Source: Mustelus asterias (Eukaryota). From it: a stretch of 64,000 bases of DNA. Where the stretch lies: assembly GCF_964213995.1 (NCBI RefSeq), contig NC_135819.1:7502001-7566000 (forward strand). The letters are read 5' to 3'. The position numbers and the translations under genes were made by a program. Under the pieces are notes generated by a model. That model searched no databases and was not told where the DNA came from. It saw only the letters and a list, made by a program, of their open reading frames with translations. Below are positions 49,921 through 61,833 of this stretch, one piece after another. How positions within the stretch are numbered: position 1 is the first letter of the stretch; each line of letters opens with the position of its first letter.

Positions 49921-52546
49921 ACCCTTACGGTTCGGGGGACCGAGTACGAAAATTTCAAGCTCCTGGTGCTGCCACACCTCTGCGCTCCTGTACTCCTGGG
50001 GCTCGATTTCCTGACCCATCTCAGGAGTGTCACGTTGCAGTACAACGGGCCTCTTCCCCCGCTCTCCGTCTGCAACCCACCGTTCTTAGACTGCCCACTG
50101 CGCACCACCTGTAGCCTCTCGACCCTTCAAGTCACCCCTCCCTCACTATTTGAACACCTCACCCCCGAATGTAAGCCTATTGCCACCAAGAGCAGACGGT
50201 ACAGTGCGGGGGACAGGACCTTCATTTGGTCCGAGGTCCAGCGCTCCTGAAGGAAGGGATCATTGAGGCTAGTACTAGCCCCTGGAGAGCACAAGTGGTG
50301 GTGGTCAAAACTGGGGAGAAACACCGTATGGTCATCGATTACAGTCAGACCATCAATCAGTACACGCAGCTGGACGCGTATCCCCTTCCGCGCGTATCTG
50401 ACATGGTCAATCAGATTGCGCAATACCGGGTGTTCTCCACTATTGACCTTAAATCGGCCTACCACCAGCTCCCCATCTGCCTGGAGGACTGCAAATATAC
50501 TGCTTTCGAGGCAGATGGCCGCCTCTATCACTTCCTTAGGGTCCCCTTCAGCGTCACCAATGGGGTCTCGGTTTTCCAGCGTGAAATGGACCGAATGGTG
50601 GACCAGAACGGGCTGCGGGCCACCTTCCCGTACATGGATAACGTCACCATCTGCGGCCATGATCAGCAGATCCACGACGCAAACCTCAATAAATTCCTCC
50701 GCACGGCCGCTCTCCTTAACCTGACCTACAATAAGGAGAAGTGTGTCTTCCGCACTCACCGCCTCGCCATCCTGGGGTATGTAGTGGAAAACGGGGTCAT
50801 ATGTCCCGATCCTGACCGCATGCGTCCCCTCCTGGAACTTCCCCTTCCCACCAATCTCAAAGCATTGAGGAGGTGCCTGGGCTTCTTCTCATACTACGCC
50901 CAGTGGGTCCCTACTTATGCGGATAAGGCCCGTCCGCTTATCAAATCCACGCTTTTTCCCCTGTCGGGAGAGGCCCGCTTGGCCTTCGACCGCATCAAAG
51001 CGGACATCGCGAAGGCCACAATTCACGCTGTGGATGAGTCAATCCCCTTCCAGGTGGAGAGCGATGCGTCTGACTTCGCCCTGGCCGCCACCCTTAACCA
51101 GGCGGGCAGACCCGTGGCCTTCTTCTCACGAACCCTCCAAGGCTCGGAAATTCGACACTCCTCTGTCGAGAAGGAGGCTCAGGCCATCGTTGAAGCAGTG
51201 CGACACTGGCGCCACTGCTTAGCTGGCCGACGGTTCACTTTGCTCACAACCAACGTTCGGTGGCTTTTATGTTCAACAACGCGCAGAGGGGCAAGATTAA
51301 GAACGATAAGATACTGAGGTGGAGGATTGAGCTCTCCACCTACAATTATGATATCTTATACCGGCCCGGGAAGCTCAATGAGCCTCCGGACGCCCTGTCT
51401 CGCGGAACATGTGCCAGCGCACAAGTGAACCAGCTACAGACTCTCCACAATGACCTCTGTCACCCGGGGGTCACCAGGCTCTACCATTTCATTAAGGCCC
51501 ATAACCTGCCCTATTCTGTTGAGGACGTCCGGTCTATAACCAGACACTGCCCGGTCTGCGCGGAGTGTAAGCCGCACTTCTATCGGCCAGACAGGGCACA
51601 CCTCATCAAAGCCACCCGCCCCTTTGAACGCCTCAGCATTGATTTCAAAGGGCCCCTTCCTTCTTCTGACCGCAACATCTATTTCCTCAACGTTATAGAT
51701 GAGTACTCCCGATTCCCTTTCGCCATTCCCTGCCCGGATATGACTTCAGCCAAGGTCGTCAGGGCCCTGCACGGCCTCTTCACCCTGTTCGGTTTCCCTA
51801 GCTACATCCATAGCGACCGGGGATCCTCCTTCATGAGTGATGAGCTGCGTCAGTACCTACTCTCTAAAGGCATAGCCTCGAGTAGGACTACCAGCTACAA
51901 CCCCAGGGGAAACGGACAAGTAGAGAGGGAGAATGCGACAGTCTGGAAGGCCGTTTTACTAGCGCTACGGTCTAAAGGTCTTCCAGTCACCCGCTGGCAA
52001 GAGGTCCTCCCTGATGCACTGCACTCAATTAGGTCACTCCTGTGTACGGCTACCAATGCCACCCCTCATGAGCGGATGTTTGCTTTCCCTAGGAAGTCCT
52101 CCTCGGGGATCTCACTACCGTCGTGGCTGACATACCCAGGCCCCGTTCTGCTCCGGAGGCATGTGCGGCCCCATAAGTCGGACCCCCTGGTTGAAAGGGT
52201 CCAGCTCCTCCACGCCAACCCCCAATATGCCTATGTGGCGTACCCCGATGGGCGGGAGGACACGGTCTCTATCCGGGACCTGGCACCTGCGGGTGCCCCG
52301 GAGCCCACTATGACCTCCCATCCCACATCCCTAGACCCCTCTGTTGTTCAGGTAGCACCAGGTCCGCTTACTTCTTTGTCCCCTGCATGCAGCTCGCCTG
52401 AGCCCCCAGAGTCACCACGCAGGACCCGACCAGGAGGGATGACGGCGGACTCGAGCGGTTTCACCCTGCCACCTGAAACAACACCACAACCAGTACTATG
52501 GCGGTCGCAGCGACGGATCAAACCGCCCGACAGGCTGAACCTGTGA
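49921..52546 (+). pseudogene. pol: Gypsy pol (PR end, RT, RNase H, integrase), frameshifted
   Basis: RT: SPW..MVIDY..IDLKSAYHQ..YMDN. RNase H: ESDAS..EKEA. Integrase: H..H..CPVC, SIDF..HSDRG..NGQVER. Confidence 0.92.
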
Positions 52547-53634
52547 GGGGTCGACGTCTTACTTCAGCCGTGACTCTTGTATATATTTTCGTGCCTCTGT
52601 ATATATTGTTCCACCCATCTCACCCCCGCCGGACTCTTTTTCTTAAACAGGGGGTGAATGTGGTGACCCACTGTAACTATGTATTATATGCCTGGACACA
52701 CCCCTGCTGCACCTGACCCGAGACTCCTCCCTTTCCACATGATCAAGGTATAAAGGTAACAGTTCCTCCCCTCTGCCTCAGTCTGGGCCAGGCTAGCTAC
52801 AAGGGTGTGTTCCAGTTCTTTGCGATTAAAAGCCTGTTGTTTTCACTCACTCGCTGGAGTCCTCGTCAATTGCTGGTGCATCACACTTCATCAGGTCCCG
52901 GGGATTTATCTACCTTGATGTGCTTTAAGACTTCCAGCACCTCCTTCTCTGTAATATGTACACTCCTTAAGACATCACTATTTATTTCCCCAAGTTCTCT
53001 AATATCCATGCCTTTCCTCAACAGTAAATACTGATGAGAAATATTAATTTACGATAAGGGTTTACCCCTTATCCTCAAACTATGACCCCCTAATTCTGGA
53101 CTCCCCCATCATTGGGAATATTCTTTCTGAATCTACCCTGTCTAACCCAGTTAGAATTTGACCAGTTTCTATGACTTTCCAGAGGCTGCTTTCACAGGTA
53201 TCTTAGTGGATAGAATCAGTCTGTGCAGAAGGTTGCTTGCTTCTCAGGTTCTACATGTACAGCACTTTCAAGTTGTCCAGTAGGACGGAAATCCCGGAGA
53301 TTTATCTATTATTTGCCTCATGATTTTCCCCATTACCTTTGCCACTTGTCACTTTATTCTCATTCTACACAGTGAAGACTGATACAAATTGTTTACTAAT
53401 GTCCTGATTTTCAAGGCTGTTTTTGCTATCTCCAAATAGACTGCTCCCTCTGGTGTTATTGACAATGTAACTACAGTCTTCTTCTCCCAGGCAATCCCTC
53501 GGGATTGAGGATATTTGTTTCCACACTGGGTTTTGAATAGCTGGTAAGTCCTGTGCACGGTCTGCAGACTCTGTCACATGTGAGGCAGGTGCTGCTTCAA
53601 GGATTGAGTAGATAGATAACTTTGAGGGTTACAT

Positions 53635-54366
53635 ATAGAACATAGAACATAGAACAGTACAGCACAGTACAGGCCCTTCGGCCCACGATGTTGTGCTGAA
53701 CCTTTTCCGAAACCAAGATCAAGCTATCCCACTCCCTATCATCCTGGTGTGCTCCATGTGCCTATCCGATAACCGCTTGAAAGTTCCTAAAGTGTCCGGC
53801 TCCACTATCACAGGAGGCAGTCCATTCCACACCCCAACCACTCTCTGAGTAAAGAACCTACCTCGGACATCCCTCCTATATCTTCCACCACGAACCTTAT
53901 AGTTATGCCCCCTAGTAACAGCTACATCCACCCGAGGAAATAGTCTCTGAACGTCCACTCTATCTATCCCCCTCATCATCTTATAAACCTCCTCCGCTCT
54001 AAAGAGAAAAGCCCGAGCTCCCTCAACCTTTCCTCATAAGACCTACCCTCCAAACCAGGCAGCATCCTGGTAAATCTCCTCTGCACTCTTTCCAGTGCTT
54101 CCACATCCTTCTTATAGTGAGGTGACCAGAACTGCACACAATATTCCAACTGTGGTCTCACCAAGGTCCTGTACAGTTGCAGCATAACCCCACAGCTCTT
54201 AAACTCAAACCCCCCTGTTAATAAACGCAAACACATTATAGGCCTTCTTCACGGCTCTATCCACTTGAGTGGCAACCTCCAGAGATCTGTGGATATGAAC
54301 CCCAAGATCTCTCTGTTCCTCCACATTCCTCAGAACCCTACCTTTGACCCTGTAATCCGCATTCGA
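53635..54366 (-). mobile_element. CR1 3' fragment, same subfamily as 16795-19779
   Basis: Identical C-terminus HMEHTRMIGSGIA and (atagaac)n tail. Confidence 0.92.
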
Positions 54367-55327
54367 ATACCAATGTGCACTTCCTCTGACACCTGGCCTT
54401 CCCTTCGCATTTTCCCAATGAAAGTTTGTCTTAATGTGTTCAGTGCCTTTCTGAATGAGCTTTCTCCATATTGGTTGGTCACACTTATCAGCAGGAATGT
54501 TTGACCTCTTCAGGAATGACTTCCCTAAAGGATTTCCAATGTCCTCCTGGGCGTCTCCTGCCGTAACTAAGATTCGAATAGAGCAGCTGCTTCAGGACTG
54601 GTGTCAGGCACACAAGTGGCATAACCTACCCAACAGAGCTGCGTTTGAGAGCTTCGTGCCTGTTGTGGGAAAAATCCACTAGTAGTCAGACTTCGAGATT
54701 CAGAAAATACGATTTATTAAACGGAGCTCCGGGAGTTAAGGCACATTGTTCGTAGAACACCTTTTCTCACTCGAATGTCAGGAGCGGTTCATTTTTATAC
54801 CCTTTACACAATGGGTAAACCGGTGATTCGAACATTATCACATCGTTTAAGCAAGTACAAACAGGTATAGACATTTAACATTTTATGAATGGGTACATTT
54901 CCTCATGCCTGTATCTATCAATGGTCAGTTTCGGCTCATTCAGGTGTTAATTGGTTTCCTCGCATTCATATTTTCCCGCTTTTCCTGAGGTTAATCTAAG
55001 CTCTTTGTTTCGGGTTTTCCTTATCTTAAAAGATGTCTTGACCCTTGGCTTGGCTTCCTGAGGTGTTTGTTTGCTATGAGTCACTGTCTGTGATTTGGGA
55101 ATGGCTTGTCTGTTAGGTTTTGATTTAAAGTGATTTCTGAACAGCGGGAGCCTGTGTCTGCTTTCTGGCTTCTTTCCCAGTTAACCCTTTATGTGCCAGG
55201 CAGCCATTTTAAAGTGTGATTTCTTGTATTTTCATTTTAAAGTGTGCTCCCTTGTATTTTTCCCTCTACAGTCCCTCCTTTTGGTCGGATTATAGCTTTA
55301 ACAATCCCCAGACCAACAATCATACAT

Positions 55328-56849
55328 TCACACATATAAATCTTCGTTCTTCTCTCCTTCTTTGCTTCTTTCGATGTCTTCATTTCTTCCAGTATCTTCA
55401 TTTCTTCTGACGTCTTCAGGGATCTTCATTAGGGGCTCTTCTTCGATGTACACACTGGCTCCTGGCACAATTTTTGTCAACATTATTTTAAAACAGACTT
55501 TAAGGCATCCCACAGTCAGACAACAGACAAGTATAATGACAATGAGTATGACCAATCCATGCAACAGGTACGATTCCCAGGATTCTCCCACCAGCCATGC
55601 CAGCCAACTACTTCCTCTCTTGGGTCCCTGTCTAAAGTTATCAAGTTGTTTCCTGATGTCATTGATGACCTGTGTAATATTGTAAGACTCATCTGTGACA
55701 TGGGTTATGCATTTGTTGCCTATGATTGCACATACTCCCCCTTGTTGTGCTAACTGGTAGTCCACTGCGTATCGTGTCTGCTGAGCATACAATCTTAGTT
55801 CAGCCATTTCTTGGTTAACAGCCTCCAATGCTTTTGAAGTGCTGTTTCCTAGGATTGTTAGCCCACAAACAATATGGTTTCTATTCTTTGCTCCAATTAC
55901 CCCGGCTGACCCCCCTAGAGATAAAGCTCCGAGGAACCCATACCCCAGTGAGGATCCCAGTGTACCGGGGCTTCCCAGTCAGCGCAGAATTCCCTGCTAA
56001 TAGCCCGGGTTACTATTCTCCTCCGAATGTACCCCTTCTGAGGGCATGGAACGGTCAGTGGCCCGATTGTTCCTACCGCAAAACGGTTTGGGAGGTTTGG
56101 TGTTTCTGTCATGTAGGTACCATTGAAGAGGAATATATATCCCTTCTTAGCCCGGTAACATTTAGTGTCCCGATTGTGAGTTTGCTCATACTGCCAATTG
56201 TTCAGTTTATTTGGCTTCCCGTTTGATCCCACCACCTGGTAAGTATCAAAGGGGTATGTCCATTTGGCTGAGCTTACGTGAGTTCCATTACATTGCCCGC
56301 AAATAAGCTGTCTTCCCGCGGTTATATTTAAACATTTTCGTTCATCACAAATACAAGTAATCTGTCCCTTGTTGATCCGACAATGTTGACGGACACACTG
56401 TGTCTGTACACAAGAATCATTCTTAGGGACTAAGGCATAGGCACATCCCCATCCCTGCCCCGTGAAACAAAGCGGATAGCTTGCAGTATCTGGGCAAGCT
56501 TTTCCTCCCTCCTGTTGGGACCCCTCGCATGTAGGATCTGTGGGGTTTACAAGTCCCACACATCTCCCCTGTAAACCTCTTTTATATTTGCCAATTTGTC
56601 CCTTACAGGGTGTCTCTGATGTATCTACAGTATATAAGTCATGAGGGGTCCACCAGGGGTGGCTACAAATAGGGCTTCTACAGATTGTGTTAATGGGTAA
56701 CATACAGTTCGATTCCCGTGTAAATGTATGTGAGCTTTGTAAAACAAATTATCTTCCAGCCCAGTCAAATTTACAGTTGCCACAACGCAAAATAATACAG
56801 TTACATACGTGATTACATACATATCCGCAACAGTCATAAAACTTAACAC
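55328..56849 (-). pseudogene. env: ERV env (SU+TM), with about two frameshifts
   Basis: Signal peptide (ORF 56625..56849), Cys-rich SU with a basic IRRR site, ISD-like QQTRYAVDYQLAQQGGVCAIIGNKC and a hydrophobic TM anchor. Confidence 0.85.
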
Positions 56850-56960
56850 TATAATTCAATTTTTTACAAGTTATTTTATTTATTAACCCGCGCACGCCGG
56901 CTCTTGCTTGCAGTCTTTGCCTGTGTTGAGGAAAGCAGTTCTGTTAGTTCATCAATTTAG

Positions 56961-57450
56961 CTACTTATCTCCTTTGTATAATTTCAGCTGCGTCCAGTGC
57001 TTCCAGACACCTTTCCCTCTTATGTCTATACAGGCACAGGTGTCCCCACTAATTATAATTTCATATGGCCCATTCCACTTTGGAGCAAACCCTGGTTTGT
57101 CGGGTAGTGTTTTCACTAGGACGCGACTTCCCACTGTTGGGACGTCAGGGAGCATTTCCAGCTCTCTCTCTGCGTCTTTTATTTCCAGATTATCTTTTAC
57201 CAATTTGCGCATCCCTTTTAGCTGGGTGCTCAGGTCCAGAACGTATCTCTTGATTTTATCTTTTAGTGGACCGACATCGGTCCCACCTGTTATGATGCTT
57301 TCTGGTAACTGCATCGCCCGTCCTGTCATTAGTTCATAAGGGGTTAATCTGGTTGTCCGGTTTGTGGTAGCTCGTAATTTCATTAGTATGGTGGGCAATA
57401 CCTCTGTCCACCTTCTCCCTGATGTTCGTATGGCTTTAGCTAGTGCATTA
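56961..57450 (-). pseudogene. pol: ERV integrase C-terminal fragment
   Basis: WTEVLP..LRAT..LTPYELMTGR..PKWNGPY..WKHWTQLK. Confidence 0.85.
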
Positions 57451-58839
57451 TACATTTTAACTATATATCCCCCTTCCATAGAAAGCTTAGTGTGAATTAA
57501 ATAACACTTTGTACTGGCCTTTTTTTTTAGCTGCAGTTGGACATCCATTCATTTGTATGTTATCTTATCAAAAGACATTGCTTTCCCCATTAAAATCACA
57601 TGCCATACAGTTCCGATCTTTATATGATGTACTCTTACATTATCTCTAATTTGATCATTTGTTTGCATGCAAGCGCCGCACCACAGTACTTCACAAAATA
57701 ATTATGTCTTTATCAATACCCAATATAGTATATGAATATATCATACAAAGTTGGTTAAGGCTTTTCAGGATTTGATGTTATTCTTGTGTCTATATGGCAG
57801 TGCTATACTGTATACTAAAAATAATCAAGCGGCAGTTGTATCATACCACTTTACACATCGTAACCGTGATATCCAAACCCTTTTAATTCAAGCCGTTTCC
57901 ATTTTTAAACTGAGCTCCAGATCAAAACCCCCGCACTCTAGGAAAAGTAACAGGCGCCGAATCAAAATCAAAGCAGGTACAATACATACCAGTTATTTGA
58001 TTAGGAACATTTTGGCTTCTTAACTGGCTAGATTTTAAGCTTTGCAGTGTTTTTATATTTGGCAAACCTTGAACAATAAATGGCACATGAAATTCCGACG
58101 GCAGTATATAATTTTAACTAGTTCAGAATACTAAACTATCTGACGTTCGTAAATCGCGATATTCTGCGATTAATACTGTATTTCACTGACTTGATATACT
58201 TTAAACTGACTCATAGACAATATGTTTACCTCAGTCTTTCGTTCCTGCTTTTCTACCTTTCCACAAAATAACTTATTTTCTTCTCTTAACTCCTCAACTA
58301 ACTCTTATAATTTCTACTTCAAGACAAAGGAAAGAGCACATGCTTCCTTCCAAGGTTTAAATCCTTTCTTAACATTAAAACATTAAAGCAAACAACAACA
58401 AAACATCCACGCAACCACTTTGTTTAAACACACACAGACACACATGGAAGCTTCCAAAAGTCATTCCACAGCACATCCTTTTTCATTCAAACTTATCATT
58501 TCAAACTGGGATGAGAGTAAAACATTCAAAGAGAATACAGAACGTTGATTAAGACGGTCGCTTTTATTCTTCTTTCTTCCAAACTGTAATTAACTCAAAA
58601 CAGAAGTAAATTCAAGAAATCCTATCACTTTAATCTTTAACAGTTTTAACACTCCCCCAGCCCCCCTGAGGCTAAACCAAGGTGCAATGCACTGCACCCA
58701 CTGCCTGCAACAGACATTCCACAGGAACAAACAGGCTTCTGCAGCTCCCTGCTCTCAATCTAATACAACAACAACCACCTACATTCGACAAGCTACCAGA
58801 TCTCACAAACACACTGAAATACAAAAACTAAGATCTCTC

Positions 58840-59889
58840 CTATCCATCTCCAGGTATGCCACTAGCCCATTCTACCAATTCATCGTAATCTTGGGACATA
58901 ATCACTCCCATTTTTAGGATGACCTGGTGAGAACTAGAGAGTCTATCCTTAAAAGCCTGGATGAACGCTCGATCTCCTCGCCCTGGATTCCCTTGTCCTG
59001 AGCACTCTTGGTATATCCGGAACAGTCGTTCCCCGTACTCAGAGGCTCCATCTCCCTTTAGCTGCCTTGTCGTGGTAATTCTGCTCCAGTTGGTGGGAGC
59101 ATTCCCTAAGACCCTCTGAATTTCTTCTTTAAACTGTAAGAAGGGTGCCTGTTGGGCATCTATCTCTGCTGTTAGGGGAATTACATGTGTCCACTGTCCC
59201 CCATTATAGTCCTGTGCTATAGGGGCAACAGGTCCCCCTGCTACCTGCCTCCACTTATCCGCTGGACAGGCTGCCCTGACCAGCTGGTGTACGTCTCTTC
59301 GGTGTAATTGGTGTCCTACCCAGATTGTGTCTAATTCTTCCCAGAATGTAGTGTTTGCGTTTCTAGTTTGTAATTTGCCCAGGGAAGCCATTATCTGCTG
59401 TCTCTCCCCTGGGGTAAAGGGTTTATAATTTGCCTTTGGTCGCGCTGCTGTCCCCCCTCTAGTTATGGGCGCTAAGTTGTGTTCCAGCTGTTCCCATTCT
59501 TCTGAGGGAGCGGTTGGTCCTTGCTGGGTAGACTCATAAGAAGGTAGAGGATCAGTTTCTCCTCCCCCTTGCCTTTCTAAAACCTGATTTTGTTTTTCCA
59601 GTTCCCTCACTCGGGATTCTAATTCTCTAATTCTTTCTTTATCTTCCCTCCATTTCCTCATAGAGGCAACTACTTGTTCAATTAGACCTGCTAACTGATC
59701 TGTTAACATTATTCCTATTTTCTTCGTTCTGTTTCTTTTTTCTTTATCTATCCACTTTCTCTGCTGCTCTAAGGTTTGAGAAGTATCCCAGCCATCCTTT
59801 TGCATTCTCTTTATTAACTCCTTCCTGTCTGTCATGTAGATTTCAATTAGGGAACCTGCAGATCCCCTTTTAACTTCACTATCTGCCAT
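58840..59889 (-). CDS. gag: ERV gag-like ORF (349 aa)
   Basis: First long ORF after the PBS, with a coiled coil and MHR-like RQLKGDGASEYGERL. No zinc knuckle seen. Confidence 0.78.
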   Translation of the reverse strand: MADSEVKRGSAGSLIEIYMTDRKELIKRMQKDGWDTSQTLEQQRKWIDKEKRNRTKKIGIMLTDQLAGLIEQVVASMRKWREDKERIRELESRVRELEKQNQVLERQGGGETDPLPSYESTQQGPTAPSEEWEQLEHNLAPITRGGTAARPKANYKPFTPGERQQIMASLGKLQTRNANTTFWEELDTIWVGHQLHRRDVHQLVRAACPADKWRQVAGGPVAPIAQDYNGGQWTHVIPLTAEIDAQQAPFLQFKEEIQRVLGNAPTNWSRITTTRQLKGDGASEYGERLFRIYQECSGQGNPGRGDRAFIQAFKDRLSSSHQVILKMGVIMSQDYDELVEWASGIPGDG

Positions 59890-60623
59890 TTCGCAGATTT
59901 CACTAACCCCGCCCCGGCCACGATTATTCTTTAGTAAAGTGTGCCATCTACCATAGGGACTTCACTACCCCCGGCCATTATTACTATTCTTAGCAGCGTG
60001 TGCTCTCTACCGTAGGGACTTCACTACCCCCGGCCACTATTGCTATTCTCACACCGTGTTTCACTGCCGTTACAGGGTTTCAAGTTATACTCACGGCTTC
60101 CACGATTATCACTTCGGCAATGGGCTTCTCCACCGGAGTCCGGTTTAGGTCAGAGTTGATCAAACTCCTGTTCCGCCCTGCTTTTCACAACATTGACAGT
60201 ACATTTCTCAACTTCTCAATACTTTCATGCAATCAGCTGGCACCTCTGCGTCTGTTCGCCACTACAGAGGGTGATGTTAAGCCGACTTCTGCCCTTTTGT
60301 GCTTCACAATCCTTTAGTGCCCTTGGTGTCTCTCACTCACTTCAATTCCTGACCTTCATGTGGCAAATTTCTGCTCTTAATAGCCAGTCTAAGGCAGAGG
60401 TTTTGAGACCGGCACTACCTTGTCCTTTTGTCGATCAGCACAAATGAGTTACTTATTACTGTCAGCAGTTAGTACTTATCACTATAACAAAATACTATCA
60501 CAAATACACAGTACAAATATTTCCCCCTTATAAACCGTATTTTCTGATCCAGTCTGACTGTCACAGATTCCGCGATCTCTACCCCGGCTGCGACCGTGGC
60601 CAATCGATCTCACCAGTAATAGG

Positions 60624-60641
60624 ATCCTGCCGACTACGCCA
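60624..60641 (-). promoter_or_regulatory. Primer-binding site for tRNA-Ser
   Basis: The minus strand reads TGGCGTAGTCGGCAGGAT, the complement of the vertebrate tRNA-Ser 3' end (ATCCTGCCGACTACGCCA), 3 nt from the LTR. Confidence 0.9.
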
Positions 60642-61556
60642 ATTTGTTGTGGGAAAAATCCACTAGTAGTCAGACTTCGAGATTCAGAAAATACGGTTTA
60701 TTAAACGGAGCTCCGGGAGTTAAGGCACATTGTTCATAGAACACCTTTTCTCACTAGAATGTCGGGAGCGGTTCATTTTTATACCCTTTACACAATGGGT
60801 AAACCGGTGATTCGAACATTATCACATCGTTTAAGCAAGTACAAACAGGTATAGACATTTAACATTTTATGAATGGGTACATTTCCTCATGTCTGTGTCT
60901 ATCAATGGTTAGTTTCGGCTCATTCAGGTGTTAATTGGTTTCCTCGCATTCATATTTTCCTGCTATTCCTGAGGTTAATCTAAGCTCTTTGTTTCGGGTT
61001 TTCCTTATCTTAAAAGATGTCTTGACCCTTGGCTTGGCTTCCTGAGGTGTTTGTTTGCGATGAGTCACTGTCTGTGATTTGGAAATGGCTTGTCTGTTAG
61101 GTTTTGATTTAAAGTGATTTCTGAACAGCGGGAGCCTGTGTCTGCTTTCTGGCTTCTTTCCCAGTTAACCCTTTATGCGCCAAGCAGCCATTTTAAAGTG
61201 TGCTCCCTTGTATTTTTCCCTCTACAGTGCCCCACTGCTCGGCAGGTTGGCTTGGAAGAAGGCGTTGTTTTAGACCCTCTTACTTGCTACCAGATTTGGA
61301 GGATCTTGCAGAGGCCCCACTGGTACATCTCAGGTGCTTGGAGGTGCCTGTTATCAGTTGTCCAAGTCTGCAAAGCACTGCCACTCACTAAACCATGACC
61401 TTAGTTTAGGTTTTGAGACAGATTAGCAAACGCTGGTATGAATGAATCCAGAGTTTTAATATTGGCAATGGCTGGAGCAGCTTTTTTCAAGCCACACCTA
61501 ACATTGAGATAGGATAATCTGAGATACCAGAAACCAGCAACCGGGCGTGAGGACGC

Positions 61557-61833
61557 ACCTGGAAAGAGTAACCGGGAATGAGGAGGTACCTGGAAAGAGT
61601 AACCGGGAATGAGGAGGTACCTGGAAAGAGTAACCGGGAATGAGGAGGTACCTGGAAAGAGTAACCGGGAATGAGGAGGTACCTGGAAAGAGTAACCGGG
61701 AATGAGGAGGTACCTGGAAAGAGTAACCGGGAATGAGGAGGTACCTGGAAAGAGTAACCGGGAATGAGGAGGTACCTGGAAAGAGTAACCGGGAATGAGG
61801 AGGTACCTGGAAAGAGTAACCGGGAATGAGGAG
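61557..61833. repeat. 31-bp minisatellite, ~9 near-perfect copies (acctggaaagagtaaccgggaatgaggaggt)
   Basis: Directly visible. Confidence 0.95.

Larger units (their letters stand above)
44287..52883 (+). mobile_element. Full-length Ty3/Gypsy LTR retrotransposon (interrupted by CR1)
   Basis: 225-bp LTRs at 44287-44511 and 52659-52883 (~15 mismatches by eye). TSD cactt. PPT at ~52645-52658. Domain order gag-PR-RT-RH-IN. Confidence 0.95.
54661..61226 (-). mobile_element. Endogenous retrovirus provirus, pol-defective
   Basis: LTRs at 60645-61226 (5') and 54661-55270 (3'). TSD gtgcc at 54656-54660 and 61227-61231. PPT at 55271-55282. Order gag - IN C-terminus - env. Confidence 0.93.
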
